Assembly (NCBI GenBank): GCA_038087875.1
Contig: CM075993.1
Span: 6,078,001-6,142,000, forward strand
Direction of reading: 5' to 3'
From: Malacoraja senta
Lineage: Eukaryota
Length of the DNA: 64,000 bases
This document shows positions 61,142-64,000 of this stretch, piece by piece. The notes beneath the pieces are model-generated. The model worked only from the letters and a program-made list of their open reading frames with translations, was not told the origin of the DNA and ran no database searches. Positions within the stretch are counted from its first letter, which is position 1. The number at the start of each line of letters is the position of its first letter. The translations under genes and the position numbers were made by a program.

Positions 61142-62298
61142 GGTGGGTATTCACTTAAGTGGGGCAGCTCGTTGGCAAGTGGAATGATTACATAACAAAA
61201 TAACAGTTTTACAACTGAAAAAGAACACAAAGTAAGAAAAGGCAATGTGAAACATACACAAGGAACAGCAGATGCTAGAATGTGGAGTAAAACACAAAGT
61301 GCTGGAGGAACTCAGCAGGTTGGGCAGCATCTAGAGACAAATGGACTACTGACATTTCAGGTCCACGTACTGATTTAGGACGGGCAAGGCTAGATTTATG
61401 AACCAAGATGTAAGACTCCATATGACCCTATATGTGTTTTAAAATGAATTCCTGTACTTCCATGTTTACCATCACCTGAATTTCAATTCCACAACTAATC
61501 CTAAGAGACCAGAACTCGCATCTCTTACTGTCCACAAACCTGGCTGCTCATCCATTCAGTTATACATTTTTATCATGTCAGCTATTTGGACCAGGTTCAA
61601 GAACACATACAAAAGAACAGCTCATACACTGATTAAATAGTCCTTATGTCCTAAAAGCACTCTGCCTCTGGAGAATATGTGCTTAGCCTTGAAGGGCAAT
61701 GAGTTATAGAGGCAATGTATCAAGAAAAAATATTGATCATGTCAAATTATTTCATTTCACATCATCTGCTTGAAGTGGCCATTACATCGTTGGGTTGTTC
61801 TGCAAATGCTCGTCGCAATCATTTCACATCTCTTTGTGTTTCTATCTCCTGCAGGTTGACCATCCTAACCCGAAAACTCTGCCCACTCTCTTTCACTGAC
61901 CACAAGCTGAAGCAGATCGTTCAAAGCCGAACATCCAAATTTACTTCACGCTAAATTTTCCGACACAAATGTCTCCACATCCAATTATCATTACACGTAC
62001 AATTTTAAGATTCAATTAACATTAATGCATGGAAACGTCTATATCTGGAAATTAAATTCATAATTACAACATTTTGAGGCCAATGGAGAATTCCTAAGTT
62101 ATCAGCAACATGGTCCTTTCATTAAACACTACCATTTTTTGGGTGGTTTTCTCAAAGCCATTGGGTTACTGGTCCCATAGGAATGGTAAGCTTTCAAGCA
62201 TCTTTGACCATTATGCATGGTTGCCTAATCCAGGTTCTGTCATCAGATGCAGACACAAAGTACTGGACTAACTCAGTGGGTCAGGCAGCATCTCTGAA

Positions 62299-62436
62299 GG
62301 GGTGGAAGATTGCAACCTTCACGTGGTCCGCCCTGTTTCGACTAATGCAAACAACTCGACGTGCACAAACGGAAGATCAAATAGAACAAGTTGTCCAACA
62401 ACTTTAGGCTGTGCACGCCACACGAAAGAAGAAGAA
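62299..62436 (+). mobile_element. Ribozyme-headed short retroposon, copy D (antisense in the UNC45A 3' region)
   Basis: 13-bp TSD AGCATCTCTGAAG at 62287-62299 and 62436-62448; ribozyme at 62299-62352. Confidence 0.8.
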
Positions 62437-63218
62437 GCATCTCTGAAGAAAAAGGATGTTTCGAGTCAGCATCCTTCTTCAGTAATCAGATATTTGTGTG
62501 TTTCTCCCCCAGTTTCTAATGTGATTTAAGATCCCCTGATTATTGTTTCTTTAGAATATGCAAAATTACATTAATGCAGATTTAAACAAGTTCACATTCG
62601 GTATTAAACTAACATGGTTTAAACTATGCTAGACTAGATTAGATTAGATGATTCTTTTCCCAGAGAGAATCTCTGAACCACATTGCCCGCTGGTGTGCTG
62701 ACAACGTATCCTTGAAAGGAAGGATGGGATATCTCCTAGACTGGTTTTAATTGCCTTAGATGACTTTTTCCTCATTTGCCCGATGGAGCAAGTGTCCATC
62801 ACCCTCTCTGCCATACCAGACATCTCCGAATCACTATCAGCTGCGGTGACTGGCTGAATGTGCAGATGTTGTGATCATCTGGGTGCCGATCGGGGCACAG
62901 CAGGATGCCAAGAAACTGGTGTAGAAAGACTCAACTGTTGTGTTGTACCACTGGAGAGATCAGACTTTGGTAAAGTGACAGCACAGAAAAATCCTGCAAC
63001 ACTTCGTGTGAATCAATGATACCATGTCATAAGACTGAGCAACCTTGCAGGGTTCAACGCTGCCATTGCAATATTCAGTAGTAGTATGTTACCAATAGGC
63101 ATAATGTGGGGCAGATTATTCATCCAGAGGTCACAGGTTTGCAGTGAAGAGCATAGTGCAAGTGTTTCTGAGCTGCAAGATGGCCACAAGTCCCCGCTAT
63201 GTCCTGCCCTTGCTCCCA

Positions 63219-63491
63219 CTAAGGGCTGCTCCCCTCCTCGCTGGGTTTAATGAGCCCGTACTCCACCGCCCGCCCCAGGCAGTCCTTGGCAGTAGCCGAC
63301 ACTTTGGATTTCTTCTCGTCGCCGTCCTTTGCCAGCGTGGACATGATCTCCATCATCTCCGAGTCCATGAGCAGGGCAGCGAGCTCCCGGTCGGCGTTCA
63401 TTAGGTTGAGGGTGATGGCGGTGCCGCGATGCTGCAGGTCCACGTTGGGGCTCAGCACCAGCGCCTGCAGGATCTCCAGCCAGTGGCTGGT
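63219..63491 (-). CDS. UNC45A: UNC-45 myosin chaperone A, last coding exon (gene continues beyond the window)
   Basis: [23 protein letters not shown]...[10 protein letters not shown]...[13 protein letters not shown] is the UCS-domain C-terminus; acceptor at 63493-63492; RCCD1 lies downstream in tandem, as in mammals. Confidence 0.93.
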   Translation of the reverse strand, partial: TSHWLEILQALVLSPNVDLQHRGTAITLNLMNADRELAALLMDSEMMEIMSTLAKDGDEKKSKVSATAKDCLGRAVEYGLIKPSEEGSSP

Positions 63492-63605
63492 CTGCCGGGG
63501 GGGGGGGGGGGGGGGAAGGAGAGACAAAGCGTAATGACAAAACAGAACGTTGCAACAACAAGCAGAACGCTGCAAGGTACATCTCGCAAAGTCCAGGCGG
63601 ACATC

Positions 63606-63873
63606 TTTAGACTTTAGACATACAGCGTGGAAACAGGCCCTTCGGCCCACCGAGTCCGTGCCGGCTAGTGACCACCCCCGTACACTGGCACTATCCTACA
63701 CGATACGGGCAATTTACAGAAGCCAATTAACCTACATCTTTGGAGTGTGGGAGGAAACCGGAGCACCTGGACCCACACAGTCACAGGGGGAACGTTCCAC
63801 GTTCCAACATCACCGGCAGTCACGATCGAACCAGGGTCTCTGGCGCTGTAGGGCAGCAACTCTACCGCTGTGC
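63606..63873 (-). mobile_element. HE1/V-SINE-type SINE
   Basis: Same family. Confidence 0.8.
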
Positions 63874-64000
63874 CGATTGTCTGATCGCCGGGGGGGAGGG
63901 GGGGGGAAGGGTATGCTGAGATCTAGTGAGCTGGTGTGCAGCAGTGAGCAGGGACGGTATGCAGAGTTTGAGTGAGCAGGGGAGGATGCCGGAGGTACTC

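Overview
Vertebrate genomic DNA, by repeat content most likely a cartilaginous fish such as a skate (inference). It is intron-rich, repeat-dense and has a 200-N gap at 38943-39142. Five genes of the block syntenic to human 15q26.1 were rebuilt by hand from splice sites and exon phases. (1) TTLL13-like tubulin polyglutamylase (-): 11 coding exons at 24143-8133, 3' end unresolved, promoter with an RFX X-box and CCAAT boxes at about 27.0-27.2 kb. (2) Intronless GDPGP1 (+, 32432-33858) with four 1-nt deletions that look like consensus errors. (3) CIB1 (+, 7 coding exons, 189 aa). (4) RCCD1 (-, 8 exons, 395 aa, GC-AG first intron). (5) The last exon of UNC45A (-). Repeats include HE1/V-SINE-type tRNA SINEs, CR1/HER1, Rex1/Babar and Tx1 LINE fragments, many Penelope-like element ends, MITEs, a miniature LTR element and a solo LTR. 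The main finding is a ~135-nt retroposon with a (GAA)n tail, in 4 copies (3 with target-site duplications), whose first 54 nt fold into a minimal HDV/CPEB3-like self-cleaving ribozyme. The Penelope-like ends also carry minimal hammerhead-ribozyme cores, including a 53-bp tandem array.
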